This document shows, in pieces, positions 47,366 through 56,583 of a stretch of DNA of 63,181 nt. Each line of letters opens with the position of its first letter. Position 1 is the first letter of the stretch. The position numbers were made by a program, and so were the translations under genes. Under the pieces are notes generated by a model. The model made no database searches. It had not been told where the DNA came from and worked only from the letters and a program-made list of their open reading frames with translations. Origin of the DNA: Nitrospiraceae bacterium (GTDB lineage: Bacteria; Nitrospirota; Thermodesulfovibrionia; Thermodesulfovibrionales; UBA1546). The DNA lies in NCBI GenBank assembly GCA_003599795.1, contig QZJQ01000037.1, forward strand, positions 1-63,181. Reading direction: 5' to 3'.

Positions 47366-48257
47366 TTAGCAGGTGTTCCATCGGATAGGCGCCGCCTGAG
47401 GTTTTTATCTGTATATCGGCTTCGTTCAGGATTTCAAATGCTTGTGAAAAGTCTTTTCGCTGCCCCGAGCGGCCCGGGGTTGCCTGCGTGGACGTCCGAC
47501 TCGCAACCGAGCTGTAGTGCCAGTTTATTGCGCCTAAAAGATTATACGGCTCAGTTGTCTCGGAGAGTTTTTTATATATCCTGAGAACTTTTTCAGCATT
47601 CCTCTCCCTCAGCGCATTTGTGAGGTCAAATACGCTGTAATCCCTGCTGCCTTCAACAATTTCTTTTATGCTGTTTATTGTAATTGACTCATTCCCGAAT
47701 GATGCAAGTTTTTCAATCTCCGAAGACAGAAGCCCTATGTCGTCTCCGGCAACTCCGATAAGATATTCTGCCGCATCATCCTTAATCGTAGCCCCCTTTT
47801 GCTTCGCCTTTTCTCTTATCCATAAAGGCAGGTCGTTTCCACGTATATCAAGGCAGATGGCCTTTAATCCCTTTACGCTTTCTTTTGCTTCTTTTTTCAA
47901 GGCGCCGGTGTTGGACATTAAAAATACTGAATTTGGAGATGGATTGGCTATGTATGACTGGAACTTTTTAAATTCCTTTGCTGAAATTTTCTGAAGATTT
48001 CTGACAACCACATACCTGCGGCTTCCAAAAAAAGAGATTGTATTTAAGGTGTCAATTATTTCCCTTGCCCCGAGTTGCTCGGGGTCGGCAGAGTCCATGT
48101 CAAATACATTGAAATTGAAAGCCATCTCTGTCTCAGGGATTATTTTTTTGACTGCAGACAGGGCTTCTTCTATGGGGTACTCGTTAGCAGCATACAATAG
48201 ATAGGCAGGAGAGGTCAGTCCTTTGTCTATTTCCTGTAAAAAGGTTTTAATGCTCAT
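47346..48257 (-). CDS. holA: DNA polymerase III delta subunit
   Basis: 303 aa. Sits in the conserved leuS-lptE-holA order. Its 3' end overlaps the convergent rpsT by 20 nt. Confidence 0.8.
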   Translation of the reverse strand: MSIKTFLQEIDKGLTSPAYLLYAANEYPIEEALSAVKKIIPETEMAFNFNVFDMDSADPEQLGAREIIDTLNTISFFGSRRYVVVRNLQKISAKEFKKFQSYIANPSPNSVFLMSNTGALKKEAKESVKGLKAICLDIRGNDLPLWIREKAKQKGATIKDDAAEYLIGVAGDDIGLLSSEIEKLASFGNESITINSIKEIVEGSRDYSVFDLTNALRERNAEKVLRIYKKLSETTEPYNLLGAINWHYSSVASRTSTQATPGRSGQRKDFSQAFEILNEADIQIKTSGGAYPMEHLLIRLLQI

Positions 48258-48791
48258 CTACATGCCATAGACTATTCCGGCGCGTATTTCAGAAGCCAGA
48301 TTTCTCATAGCAGTTTCCGTTGCCTGCTCTTTTGCCGCAACCAAACTTTCTATATTGCCTGAACCTGAAAAAGATACAATAAAAACCCCTGTATTTCTTA
48401 ACTCTTTAACCTTCCCGTCAGGGGATGTAAGAAAAAATCTGGCTTTTATAATTACCTGATATTCGGATGCTACTCCTTCTTTTTCTGCCAGTGGGTTTAG
48501 CTTCAGGTCATCTATAGTGCCGCTTATTATATGTTTCGCGCTGCTTGAGATCATCATGCCGTTTCTTATGAGTTCATCCGCAAGCGCTTTCTGAAATTTA
48601 TCTTCTAATTTCGGTTCAAATGTCTTGTTTTCAATCCTGCCTATTTTGACAGAGGTAAAGGGCAGCGTGTCTCTGCCCTGCAGGGTATAACCGCAGCCAG
48701 CTAATAGAAATGCAAAATTAAAAATTAAAAGTGCAAAATTAATGAAAAATTTTGAATTTTGGATTGAATTTTTGAATTTTGATTTTTCCAT
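48258..48791 (-). CDS. lptE: LPS-assembly lipoprotein LptE
   Basis: Lipobox LLAGC followed by GYTLQGRD. Sits between leuS and holA. The N-terminal ~33 codons lie in word-repeat DNA. Confidence 0.8.
   Translation of the reverse strand: MEKSKFKNSIQNSKFFINFALLIFNFAFLLAGCGYTLQGRDTLPFTSVKIGRIENKTFEPKLEDKFQKALADELIRNGMMISSSAKHIISGTIDDLKLNPLAEKEGVASEYQVIIKARFFLTSPDGKVKELRNTGVFIVSFSGSGNIESLVAAKEQATETAMRNLASEIRAGIVYGM
48706..48788. repeat. AT-rich word array forming the 5' end of lptE
   Basis: AAATGCAAAATTAAAAATTAAAAGTGCAAAATTAATGAAAAATTTTGAATTTTGGATTGAATTTTTGAATTTTGA. The 14-mer AATTTTGAATTTTG is shared with 49314-49327. Confidence 0.88.
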
Positions 48792-48797
48792 TTTAAT

Positions 48798-51413
48798 TTA
48801 TATTACTATATTAACAAGTTTGCCTTTAACAATAAAGACTTTTTTCAGCGCTTTCCCCTTTAAAATTTCCTGTATCTTAGGTTCGTCAAGAGCTTTCTCC
48901 CTCACATCATCGTCGGGGAGCCCGGCAGGTATCATAATCTTTGCCTTTACTTTGCCGTTAATCTGAATAACGAGCTCTATTTCTTCCTCTTGTGCGATGC
49001 TCTCATCCCATAGAGGCCATTTCTGTTCAAGTATGCTTTTTTTGTTGCCTATGGATTCCCACAGTTCTTCCGATATATGCGGAGAAAATGGAGAAAGCAA
49101 AAGCACAAGCGTCTCAATGCCGAATCTGAATGCTTTCCAGTCGCTGTCTGATTTTGGTTCAAATGAGCTTAGATCATTCACAAGCTCCATAAGCGCTGCA
49201 ATCGCTGTATTGAAGTGGTATTCGCGCTCTATGTCGTTTGTAACCCGTTTTATGGTCTGATGAGTCTTTCGTAAAAGGCTGACAGCCGACAGCTGACAGT
49301 TTGAAAGTTCTTCAATTTTGAATTTTGCATTTTGAATTTGAACTTTGTTTTTATAGACTATTCCCCATATCCTGTTCAAAAACCTGTAAGCTCCCTCAAC
49401 TCCCTGGTCAGACCATTCAAGGTCCCTTTCAGGCGGCGCTGCAAAGAGCGAGAAGAGCCTTGATGTGTCTGAGCCGTATCTGTTTATAAGATGGTCAGGG
49501 TCAATGACATTCTTCTTTGATTTTGACATCTTCTCAACCCGTCCTATGTCAACAGCCTTTCCGCATTTTATGCACTTCTCATCCTTAACATCTTCAGGCA
49601 AAAGCCAGCCGTGCTCAGGACATTTCAATGTTTCCTTGCATACCATTCCCTGCGTGAGAAGGTTTGTGAAAGGCTCCGGAGAGTTAATGATGCCAAGGTC
49701 TTTTATAACACGGGTAAAGAACCTTGAATAGAGGAGATGCAGCACTGCGTGTTCAACGCCGCCGACATACTGGTCAACAGGCATCCAGTAACTTATTGGG
49801 GATTGGGGATTGGGGGTTAGGGATTGGAAATCAATCTTACCATTGTCAACGCAATATGCAACAAAATACCATGATGAATCAACAAATGTGTCCATAGTAT
49901 CCGTCTCACGTCTTGCCTTGCCTTTGCATTTTGGACAAATTGTATTTACAAATTTTTCTGACTCTGCAAGCGGTGACCCGCCTGTGCCTGTGAATTTCAC
50001 ATCCTCGGGAAGGATTACCGGCAGTTCTTGCTCAAGGACCGGAACAACACCGCATTGCTCACAATAAATTACCGGTATAGGCGTTCCCCAGTATCTCTGC
50101 CTTGATATTCCCCAGTCACGGAGCTTGTAATTTACTACCCTTTTGCCAAGGCCTTTTTTCTCTATGTGCTTTGCTATCTCTATTCGTGCAACGTCACTTT
50201 TTAGCCTGCTGTATGAACTTGAGTCAATGAGAACCCCATCTTCTTCGAACGCAGCTTCAAGCTCGTGAGGGTTCGAGGGAAGAATTGTATTTTCACTTGA
50301 CCCCTTGACTCCTTGTCTCCTCTGCGACTCGCCTGAGGCGAGACCCCTTGACTCCTGTACTATTACTTCCCTTATCGGCAGCTTGTACTTCTTTGCAAAC
50401 TCAAAATCCCGCTGGTCATGCGCAGGAACTGACATTATAGCTCCTGTGCCGTATTCCATCAGAACAAAGTTTGCTATATAAATTGGAATCTTCTCATCAT
50501 TAGCCGGATTGACTGCATAGTGCCCTGTAAAGAGCCCAATTTTTTCATCTTCCTTGCCGTAGTGCTCTTTGATTTTTTTAATTGCTTCCTTATCAGCGAC
50601 GAGTTTTTCTGCCAGTGGATGTGTTGGCGCAAGGCACACAAAGGTCGCGCCAAAAAGCGTATCTGCCCTTGTAGTAAATATGCGGATTTTTTCGTCTCTT
50701 CCGGCAACTTTGAAATCAGCCTCAAGCCCCTCGCTTTTCCCAATCCAGTTTTTTTGCATTAAGACTACTTTTTCAGGCCAGCCCTTAAGCTCATCACACG
50801 CCTTCAGAAGGTCTTCCGCATATTGCGTGATTCTGAAGAACCACTGCTCCAACTCTTTCTTGATTACGGCTGTATCGCATCTCCAGCATCCATTGTCAAT
50901 AACCTGCTCGTTTGCAAGAACAGTCATGCATGAAGGGCACCAGTTCACAAATGACGATTTTCTGTATGCAATCCCCTTCTCATACATCTTCAGGAAGAAC
51001 CACTGATTCCACTTGTAGTAATCAGGGCTGCATGTTGTAACCTCTCTGTCCCAGTCATAGCTGAGTCCGAGCTGGTTGAGCTGTTTTTTCATGTATGCGA
51101 TATTTTCGTAGGTCCATTTTGCAGGGTGGATACCCTCTTTTATCGCGGCGTTCTCAGCAGGCATTCCGAAGGCATCCCATCCCATCGGATGAATAACGTT
51201 AAAACCGCACATTCTTTTATATCTTGCGATTACGTCGCCGATTGCATAATTCCTGACATGGCCCATGTGGATTTTCCCTGAAGGGTAGGGGAACATTTCA
51301 AGGCAGTAGAATTTCTTTTTTGAAGAGTCTGCTTCAGTTTTGAAGATATTTCTCTCAGCCCAGTACTTCTGCCACTTCTGTTCAACTTTTTGCGGATTGT
51401 ATCGTTCTTCCAA
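48798..51413 (-). CDS. leuS: Leucyl-tRNA synthetase
   Basis: HMGHVRNY and KMSKSKKN class I motifs. A TTG start at 51413 after GGAG gives [18 protein letters not shown]. The 32 upstream ORF codons are unlikely to be coding. Confidence 0.95.
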   Translation of the reverse strand: MEERYNPQKVEQKWQKYWAERNIFKTEADSSKKKFYCLEMFPYPSGKIHMGHVRNYAIGDVIARYKRMCGFNVIHPMGWDAFGMPAENAAIKEGIHPAKWTYENIAYMKKQLNQLGLSYDWDREVTTCSPDYYKWNQWFFLKMYEKGIAYRKSSFVNWCPSCMTVLANEQVIDNGCWRCDTAVIKKELEQWFFRITQYAEDLLKACDELKGWPEKVVLMQKNWIGKSEGLEADFKVAGRDEKIRIFTTRADTLFGATFVCLAPTHPLAEKLVADKEAIKKIKEHYGKEDEKIGLFTGHYAVNPANDEKIPIYIANFVLMEYGTGAIMSVPAHDQRDFEFAKKYKLPIREVIVQESRGLASGESQRRQGVKGSSENTILPSNPHELEAAFEEDGVLIDSSSYSRLKSDVARIEIAKHIEKKGLGKRVVNYKLRDWGISRQRYWGTPIPVIYCEQCGVVPVLEQELPVILPEDVKFTGTGGSPLAESEKFVNTICPKCKGKARRETDTMDTFVDSSWYFVAYCVDNGKIDFQSLTPNPQSPISYWMPVDQYVGGVEHAVLHLLYSRFFTRVIKDLGIINSPEPFTNLLTQGMVCKETLKCPEHGWLLPEDVKDEKCIKCGKAVDIGRVEKMSKSKKNVIDPDHLINRYGSDTSRLFSLFAAPPERDLEWSDQGVEGAYRFLNRIWGIVYKNKVQIQNAKFKIEELSNCQLSAVSLLRKTHQTIKRVTNDIEREYHFNTAIAALMELVNDLSSFEPKSDSDWKAFRFGIETLVLLLSPFSPHISEELWESIGNKKSILEQKWPLWDESIAQEEEIELVIQINGKVKAKIMIPAGLPDDDVREKALDEPKIQEILKGKALKKVFIVKGKLVNIVI
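49279..49345. repeat. In-frame word arrays inside leuS (CTGACAG x3; TTTTGAA/TTTTGCA words)
   Basis: CTGACAGCCGACAGCTGACAG then CAATTTTGAATTTTGCATTTTGAATTTGAACTTT. Encodes [27 protein letters not shown]. Confidence 0.88.
49795..49827. repeat. In-frame heptamer array inside leuS: (ATTGGGG)x3 GTTAGGG ATTGG
   Basis: Three perfect heptamers at 49795-49815. Encodes [11 protein letters not shown]. Confidence 0.9.
50267..50357. mobile_element. Candidate miniature element in-frame inside leuS, with the same octamers as the four-helix-bundle gene arms plus a TCGCC hairpin
   Basis: GGGTTCGAGGG (50269-50279), 16 nt, CTTGACCCCTTGACTCCTTG (50296-50315), CTCGCC-TGA-GGCGAG (50328-50342), ACCCCTTGACTCCTG. 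Confidence 0.6.
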
Positions 51414-51537
51414 AATGTTTTCTCCTCTATGAAATGTAGCACTTATTATATCCGTGCAGAGCGGGGATTGACAAGGGCAGAGGAAAGTGAAGATAAACGG
51501 GCTGAACACCGAAGGTGCTGCTCATCTTTTATTCGTT

Positions 51538-51843
51538 CTATTTCGGCTGTCCGATAAGCAATCTGATTATTGCAACAACAATTAAACCGTAAATCAGATA
51601 TTGCAAGAACTGAACGGCTTTGCCGAGAGGCATTTTATCGCTGCTCCCCGCCCTTTCCAACGAAGCTTTCCTCTCTCCTTTAGACAGTTTTGTAACTGAT
51701 AATAGGGCATAAATAACCACAGCCGCGAGCAGCAGAATGCCTATTGTTTTAAGATAAAGTTTTGTAACTATAATTGCTGCGGCAAGGCATACGATTACAA
51801 CCAAGGCTTTCTTGACTGTGTTTCTGGACACGTGTTGTCCCAT
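51538..51843 (-). CDS. Small membrane protein, 3 predicted TM helices
   Basis: 101 aa; hydrophobic stretches LVVIVCLAAAIIV, IGILLLAAVVIYALL, LIYGLIVVAIIRLL. Confidence 0.5.
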   Translation of the reverse strand: MGQHVSRNTVKKALVVIVCLAAAIIVTKLYLKTIGILLLAAVVIYALLSVTKLSKGERKASLERAGSSDKMPLGKAVQFLQYLIYGLIVVAIIRLLIGQPK

Positions 51844-51852
51844 ATTGCAGGG

Positions 51853-53634
51853 CTATTCCAGAGGTACGTCTGTTTTAATGTGAAGCTCTCTGAGCTGTTT
51901 CAGCTCTACTGTTGAAGGAGCGCCTGACATCATGCAGACTGCCTTCTGTGTCTTGGGAAATGCGATAACGTCTCTTATGGATACTGCACCGACCATTATC
52001 ATCACAAGCCTGTCAAGTCCGAGGGCGATGCCTCCATGCGGCGGAGCGCCATACTGGAGCGCATCAAGAAGAAACCCGAATTTCATCTTTGCATCTTCAT
52101 CAGAGATGTCTAAAAGCTCAAACATCTTTTTCTGAACGTCCTGCCTGTGAATACGGATGCTTCCGCCTCCGATCTCATAACCGTTTAAAACAATGTCATA
52201 AGCCTTAGCCTTTAAAGATGACAGCATTTCCTTGTCATCCATATTCCCGATAAGCATTTTTTCTATATCCTCATTCATGGGTGATGTGAACGGATGGTGC
52301 ATTGCCTGAAATCTTGATTCCTCTTCATCCCATTCAAGCAAGGGGAAGTCCGTTATCCATGCAAATTTATATCCGGGCTTAATAAGGTTCAACCTCTCGC
52401 CAAGGGCAAGCCTCATCCTGCTCAGGACATCGTATGTGACCTTGGGCTTATCGGCTACGAACATCATTAAGTCGCCTTCTTCTGCTTCAAGCCTTGCAGC
52501 CATTTTTTTAAGTGTCTCTTCAGAAAAGAACTTGGCTATGGGAGATTCAAAACCGCTTTTTATCTTTATCCACGCAAGGCCCTTTGCGCCGTAAGACTGT
52601 GCTTCTGCTGTCAGCGTATCTATCTCTTTGCGTGAAAGACCTGCCATTCCTTTGCCGTTAATTGCCTTTACCATTCCCCTGTCATTGATTGCATCAAGGA
52701 AAACCTTGAACGTGCCCTTTAAGGCAAGGTCTGCCATATCCTTAAGTTCAAGCCCAAATCTTAAATCAGGTTTGTCATTCCCGAACCTTTCCATTGATTC
52801 ATGAAAGCTTAACCTCTGAAAAGGTGTTTCTATATCAATTGAAAGCACGTCTTTGAAAAGCTTTTTCATCATTTCTTCCATGAGAGAGAGAATATCTTCC
52901 CTGTCAACAAAAGACATCTCTAAATCCACCTGTGTAAATTCAGGCTGTCTGTCCGCCCTGAGGTCTTCGTCTCTGAAACACTTAACTATCTGAAAATATT
53001 TCTCCATTCCCGCAACCATCAATATCTGCTTGAATAACTGCGGTGACTGCGGAAGCGCATAAAAATGTCCGGGGTTCAGCCTGCTCGGAACAAGATAATC
53101 CCTTGCGCCTTCAGGAGTGGATTTTGTAAGCATCGGCGTTTCTATCTCAAGGAATCCCTTTTCATCGAGATAATCTCTTGTTGCCTTTGCAATTTTGTGA
53201 CGCATGATAAGGTTCTGCTGCATCTCAGGCCTTCTGAGGTCAAGATACCTGTGTTTAAGCCGTAAGGCCTCTCCTGTGTCTGCGGCCTCTTCCATGTTAT
53301 AAGGCAATGGCGCAGCCTCATTCAGGACCTCAAGTTTGTTGACATACATCTCAACTGCGCCTGTCGGCAGATTAGGGTTTTCTGTTCCTTCAGGCCTTTT
53401 TCGTATCTCGCCTGACACAGCAATGACATACTCAGCTCTCAAGTCATGCGCATTAGTATGTGAATCACCTGCGATGTCCGGACTGAATACAATCTGGCAG
53501 AGTCCGCTCCTGTCCCTGAGGTCAATGAATATGAGGCCTCCGTGGTCTCTTCTTCTGAACACCCACCCGGCAAGGCTCAGGTTTGAGCCTATGTCAGATT
53601 CCCTGAGTTCACCGCAGCTTTTGTCCCGAGTCAT
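51853..53634 (-). CDS. aspS: Aspartyl-tRNA synthetase
   Basis: 593 aa class IIb; [18 protein letters not shown] and [10 protein letters not shown] motifs. Confidence 0.95.
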   Translation of the reverse strand: MTRDKSCGELRESDIGSNLSLAGWVFRRRDHGGLIFIDLRDRSGLCQIVFSPDIAGDSHTNAHDLRAEYVIAVSGEIRKRPEGTENPNLPTGAVEMYVNKLEVLNEAAPLPYNMEEAADTGEALRLKHRYLDLRRPEMQQNLIMRHKIAKATRDYLDEKGFLEIETPMLTKSTPEGARDYLVPSRLNPGHFYALPQSPQLFKQILMVAGMEKYFQIVKCFRDEDLRADRQPEFTQVDLEMSFVDREDILSLMEEMMKKLFKDVLSIDIETPFQRLSFHESMERFGNDKPDLRFGLELKDMADLALKGTFKVFLDAINDRGMVKAINGKGMAGLSRKEIDTLTAEAQSYGAKGLAWIKIKSGFESPIAKFFSEETLKKMAARLEAEEGDLMMFVADKPKVTYDVLSRMRLALGERLNLIKPGYKFAWITDFPLLEWDEEESRFQAMHHPFTSPMNEDIEKMLIGNMDDKEMLSSLKAKAYDIVLNGYEIGGGSIRIHRQDVQKKMFELLDISDEDAKMKFGFLLDALQYGAPPHGGIALGLDRLVMIMVGAVSIRDVIAFPKTQKAVCMMSGAPSTVELKQLRELHIKTDVPLE

Positions 53635-54349
53635 TCATTGCCTCTTTCTTTATTTTTTTAACCTCATCAGGAGTTAAATATCTTAACTCTCCTGAGCGAA
53701 GATTTCCAATATCTATGCCGTTGATCTTTATGCGTTTGAGTTTAAGCACGGAATGCCCCACTTGCTCGCACATTCTCCTAACCTGCCTTTTTTTGCCCTC
53801 ATAAATCGTAATCTCAATCCAGCAGTTTTCCTCTGCCTTTCTGAGTTTCTTTACTTTGGCAGGCGCAGTAACTCCGTCCTTAAGCCTTATCCCTCTTCTC
53901 AGTTTCTCTATCTTTTCATCCTCAATGATGCCCTTTATTTTAACATGATATGTCTTTGGCATCTTCTTTGACGGGTGCAAAATTGAATGCGCAAAATCGC
54001 CGTCGTTTGTAATAAGCAGCAGCCCTTCTGAATCAAAGTCAAGCCTTCCAACCGGAAAAACCCTGTATCTGATGTTCTTTAAATAATCCTTTATAGTAGG
54101 GCGTTCTTCCTCTTCGGCGAGTGTTGTCAGAACATTTTTAGGTTTATTCAGCATCAGATAAACCTTTGGCTCGGGTTTTGTCAGAAGTTTGCCGTCAAGC
54201 TTTATATGGTCTTTTGAAATATCTGCCTTCATTCCGAGGGATGCAGTCTTTCCGTTTATAGTGACCCTTCCTTCAAGGATTATCTCCTCAGCGCCTCTTC
54301 TTGAGGCAATCCCCATCTTCGCAAGTATTTTCTGTAAGCGTTCTTCCAT
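53609..54349 (-). CDS. rluB: Pseudouridine synthase, RsuA/RluB family
   Basis: S4 domain ([21 protein letters not shown]) and catalytic [16 protein letters not shown] 54349 is preferred. Confidence 0.88.
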   Translation of the reverse strand: MEERLQKILAKMGIASRRGAEEIILEGRVTINGKTASLGMKADISKDHIKLDGKLLTKPEPKVYLMLNKPKNVLTTLAEEEERPTIKDYLKNIRYRVFPVGRLDFDSEGLLLITNDGDFAHSILHPSKKMPKTYHVKIKGIIEDEKIEKLRRGIRLKDGVTAPAKVKKLRKAEENCWIEITIYEGKKRQVRRMCEQVGHSVLKLKRIKINGIDIGNLRSGELRYLTPDEVKKIKKEAMNDSGQKLR

Positions 54350-54484
54350 AGTTAATGATGATAACACAAAGATATGCATTGTTGACACAGCAGCTATGAT
54401 GAGAGAACTGAAGGGTTATCCTTTCAGTTTTTGAGTAATAATTTGCTGCAACCTGATATAATTTATGAGAAAAACGGAGCATGA

Positions 54485-56212
54485 ATGAAATTCCTGAAAC
54501 TCGTTGAATATTTTGAAAAGCTTGAGGCAACAACCAAGCGCCTTGAGATGTTTGATATCCTCTCGGGATTATTCAAAGAAGCCAAAGCCGACGACATAGA
54601 TAAAATCATCTATCTTGGCCAGGGTCAGCTTCTTCCGCCTTTTCACGGCCTTGAGATGGGCATGTCGGAAAAACTTCTTATCAGGGCATTATCAGAGGCG
54701 ACTAATACGCCTACAAAAAAAGTTGAGGATGTATTTAAACACACAGGTGACCTCGGTAAAACTGCCGGAGAATTGATAAAAAACAAAGGAGAAAATCTTA
54801 CAGTCAGAAAAGTTTATGAAGAACTTACGGTGATTGCCCGGACATCAGGCACGGGAAGCGTTGAAAAGAAGATTGGGCTTCTGAGCAGTCTTTTAAGGGG
54901 CGTATCTCCGGAAGAGGCAAAATATATTGCGCGGTTTGTAATCGGCAGGCTGAGGCTTGGAATAGGCGATCCAACTGTGCTTGAGGCATTGGCGCTTGCG
55001 CAGGGAGACAGGGCCTTGAGGCCTGAGCTTGACAGGGCTTATAACTTATGCTCAGACCTCGGGCTTGTTGCCAAAACATTACTTGAAAAGGGGATAGAAG
55101 GGGTAAATAAATTTCATGTGAGAGTCGGTTATCCGATACGGATGGCTTTATGCGAGAGGCTTCCTTCCTCAGAGGAGATTATAGAGAAAATAGGGGAGGC
55201 TGCCATAGAAGCTAAATACGACGGCTTCAGGGTGCAGATTCATAAAAATAAAAACCATATTGACATGTTCTCAAGAAACCTTGAGAGGACGACTCACATG
55301 TTTCCTGAGATAAAAGAGGCTGTAAAAAATTTTATAACTGCGGATACCGCTATTATTGAAGGGGAAGCGCTTGCATACAATGAATCAACGGGCGAGCTTT
55401 TTCCGTTTCAAGTAACCATACAGCGCAAGAGGAAACATGGAATAGAAGAGATTGCAAAAGAATATCCCCTGAAATTTTTTGCCTTTGACCTTCTTTATGC
55501 AGACGGCGAGGACTATACGCCAAAGCCTTTCAAAGAAAGGCGTGAAAAATTAAAGAAGATTATAAAGAAAAACCCTGTTATTGAACCGTCTGAATTGTTT
55601 ATCACGGACAAGCATGAAGATATTACAAAATATTTTGAAGATGCCATAGCAAGAGGACTTGAGGGGGTTGTCGCAAAAAGGCTTGATGCGCCCTATGCAG
55701 CCGGAGGAAGGAACTTTAACTGGATTAAGCTTAAGAGAAGTTACCGCGGCGAGCTTGCAGATACGATAGATGTATGCATTGTCGGATATTTCAGGGGCAA
55801 GGGAGCAAGGACAGAGTTTGGCGTGGGCGCACTTCTTGGCGCTGTATATGACCCTAAAACAGATACTTTCAGAACAGTGAGCAAGGTCGGCACAGGCTTT
55901 TCAGAGGATGAGTTTACCCAGCTTAAGAAAATTCTTGATGAAATAGCTATTTCTCACAGGCATCCGCGGGTAGATTCCGTTATGGAGGCTGATGTATGGG
56001 TAGAGCCTAAATATGTCATAGAAGTGACAGCGGATGAGATAACCCGCTCGCCGTCACATACAGCGGGACGTGATAAGGAAGGGATAGGCTATGCCTTGCG
56101 TTTCCCGCGAGCAGTCGGATTCCTCAGAGAAGACAAAAAGCCGGAGGATGCTAATTCTGTCAAGGAGATAATAGAGCTTTTTGAAATACAGAAGAAGGTG
56201 AAAGTAGGGTGA
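54485..56212 (+). CDS. ATP-dependent DNA ligase, three-domain Lig1/archaeal type
   Basis: 575 aa; adenylation motif I EAKYDGFR; motif EGVVAK; long N-terminal DNA-binding domain. Confidence 0.9.
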   Translation: MKFLKLVEYFEKLEATTKRLEMFDILSGLFKEAKADDIDKIIYLGQGQLLPPFHGLEMGMSEKLLIRALSEATNTPTKKVEDVFKHTGDLGKTAGELIKNKGENLTVRKVYEELTVIARTSGTGSVEKKIGLLSSLLRGVSPEEAKYIARFVIGRLRLGIGDPTVLEALALAQGDRALRPELDRAYNLCSDLGLVAKTLLEKGIEGVNKFHVRVGYPIRMALCERLPSSEEIIEKIGEAAIEAKYDGFRVQIHKNKNHIDMFSRNLERTTHMFPEIKEAVKNFITADTAIIEGEALAYNESTGELFPFQVTIQRKRKHGIEEIAKEYPLKFFAFDLLYADGEDYTPKPFKERREKLKKIIKKNPVIEPSELFITDKHEDITKYFEDAIARGLEGVVAKRLDAPYAAGGRNFNWIKLKRSYRGELADTIDVCIVGYFRGKGARTEFGVGALLGAVYDPKTDTFRTVSKVGTGFSEDEFTQLKKILDEIAISHRHPRVDSVMEADVWVEPKYVIEVTADEITRSPSHTAGRDKEGIGYALRFPRAVGFLREDKKPEDANSVKEIIELFEIQKKVKVG

Positions 56213-56224
56213 CAATCTCTCATT

Positions 56225-56243
56225 ACTCATTAGGCAGAATTAC
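56225..56243. repeat. Direct repeat, left copy, flanking the TA cassette
   Basis: ACTCATTAGGCAGAATTAC. The first 16 nt are identical to 56868-56883. Confidence 0.9.
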
Positions 56244-56331
56244 GGTTGACGGAAAGACTAAGTCTTACAAAATATTTTTGTCAAATAGGGTAAAATAAAA
56301 ACGAGAAGAGAAAGCGATAGGAGGTGAGGAT

Positions 56332-56580
56332 ATGAAAGCAAAGGGTCATGTCATAGACGAGGATGCTCTTGTTGAGAGACTGCTTCCCAAAATTGAGGAT
56401 AGAATAAAAACCGATGTCGTCAGGAGTCTTATATCTGCGCTGGAAGATCAGATATATCCGCCTGAAAGTGCATTCAGGGGAGAATTTGTAAGGCGGGTTG
56501 AAAAGGCGAGCAGAGGCAAAGGGAAGGTTTTTAAAACCACAATGGAGCTTGAAGCCCATCTCAAAAGCTTGAGCACATAA
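56332..56580 (+). CDS. Putative antitoxin (family not recognised)
   Basis: 82 aa ORF ending 3 nt before the RelE-like toxin gene. Confidence 0.55.
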   Translation: MKAKGHVIDEDALVERLLPKIEDRIKTDVVRSLISALEDQIYPPESAFRGEFVRRVEKASRGKGKVFKTTMELEAHLKSLST

Positions 56581-56583
56581 AAA

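Noticed and set aside
51414-51509. 32-codon N-terminal extension of the leuS ORF ([20 protein letters not shown]...).
   Set aside because: The conserved LeuRS N-terminus ([17 protein letters not shown]) begins right after a GGAG-N8-TTG start at 51413. The extension has no homology-like features.
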